From Mobula hypostoma (taxonomy: Eukaryota), in the NCBI RefSeq assembly GCF_963921235.1, contig NC_086118.1, positions 20,710,001 through 20,774,000 of the forward strand: 64,000 nucleotides of DNA, in the 5' to 3' direction. The notes under the pieces were generated by a model, which was not told the origin of the DNA, ran no database searches, and saw nothing but the letters and a program-made list of their open reading frames with translations. A program made the translations under genes and the position numbers. This document shows positions 63,091-64,000 of the stretch, in pieces; the stretch's first letter is position 1; every line of letters begins with the position of its first letter.

Positions 63091-64000
63091 AACACCAAAA
63101 CCTTTAGAACCTAAAAAAAAATCTGCTGATATAAAAACTTGGCAGCGAGTGTTGGCATTGATTTAAAAGTAACCTGAAGGGAAATTGAATGACTGTTCAA
63201 TCTTCTTCATGGAACATACCTGTCTCAACAGATACCTGTCAGTAGATCAGCTGTGCACAAAGATCTCCTAAGTTTTGAATCTATATCTCTGTTGAGTGTT
63301 AATATCAGGTAAGGCATTGGAAAACCCAACCACTATTACCTGTCACAGCACTCAGTAGATTTGGCTGTGATTATTGCTTTTCATCACCTCTTAAGTAATT
63401 CTTGCTTTGGGATGGGGAATTGAAAATAAAAGCTACTTAAGCAAACAATAATGAGTTGTTCATCAGCCAGGTCCCAAGGATTATGAAGAGTAAGCAACAG
63501 CTAGTCAAAAAAGAATGAGGAATAACCTATGTGGGTTTCTTTCTTTGACCACATGCAATCACTGGATCTATGCCATGACATTTATTTGATTATGATGACC
63601 ACCCTTTGTAATAGCGGGCCGAGTCTTTTATAGAAGAAATTTTTCTAAGAATTTCAGTGACAATGTTGAGTGTATTGTCTGATAACTTGCAGATGAACAT
63701 AAAAATGATTCTTTACGCTAAGTCAACTGAACAAGCAGCAGATGTAGCATGCTTGAATAAATAAGAAGAATGGACATTGTTTTAAAGAAATTTCAGATTC
63801 TATTAAGGAACACTTTAAAATATCAAATATTTGGTAAGATCCCTTTGGTCTCTGTTTATTACTCTTGCCCAGTCTTCTGTCAATATCAAAATAATATCAC
63901 CCCTATAGATATAAGCAATACTCATTTGGTTAACATATTCCGGGCCCACATAAACTAAACATGTTTTTATAAGATCACTGGTATGATATTTTGTGATTCC

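Noticed and set aside
45279..64000. TBCD exon 8 or a nested ZNF750 gene
   Set aside because: No AQIFKHGKREDC-like or ZNF750-like peptide was found by eye. Both probably lie beyond the window, though a short exon could have been missed.

Overview
Repeat-rich vertebrate genomic DNA, not prokaryotic. The repeat inventory (CR1 with esterase ORF1, Rex1/Babar, V-SINE, Penelope) suggests a cartilaginous fish, possibly a ray; this is inference. The only host gene is the 5' part of TBCD (tubulin-specific chaperone D) on the + strand. It has a CpG-island first exon and 7 phase-consistent GT-AG coding exons (6097-45278, 261 codons) and continues beyond the window. The rest is largely transposons: an internally deleted Gypsy/Mag LTR element, a solo LTR, a full-length decayed L1, CR1, Rex1/Babar and Penelope copies, a Tc1 and a hAT. 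A 12-kb nested insertion stack fills part of intron 7. The most interesting signals are two kinds of self-cleaving ribozyme motif. (i) Minimal type-I hammerheads sit in Penelope-derived 130-500 bp inserts with 11-14 bp TSDs; two of these inserts are fold-back hairpins. (ii) Degenerate twister motifs sit at the 5' end of short RTE-derived elements. Inside TBCD the intact hammerhead cores lie antisense and the sense copies are damaged. All family assignments are by eye and from memory; no database search was run.
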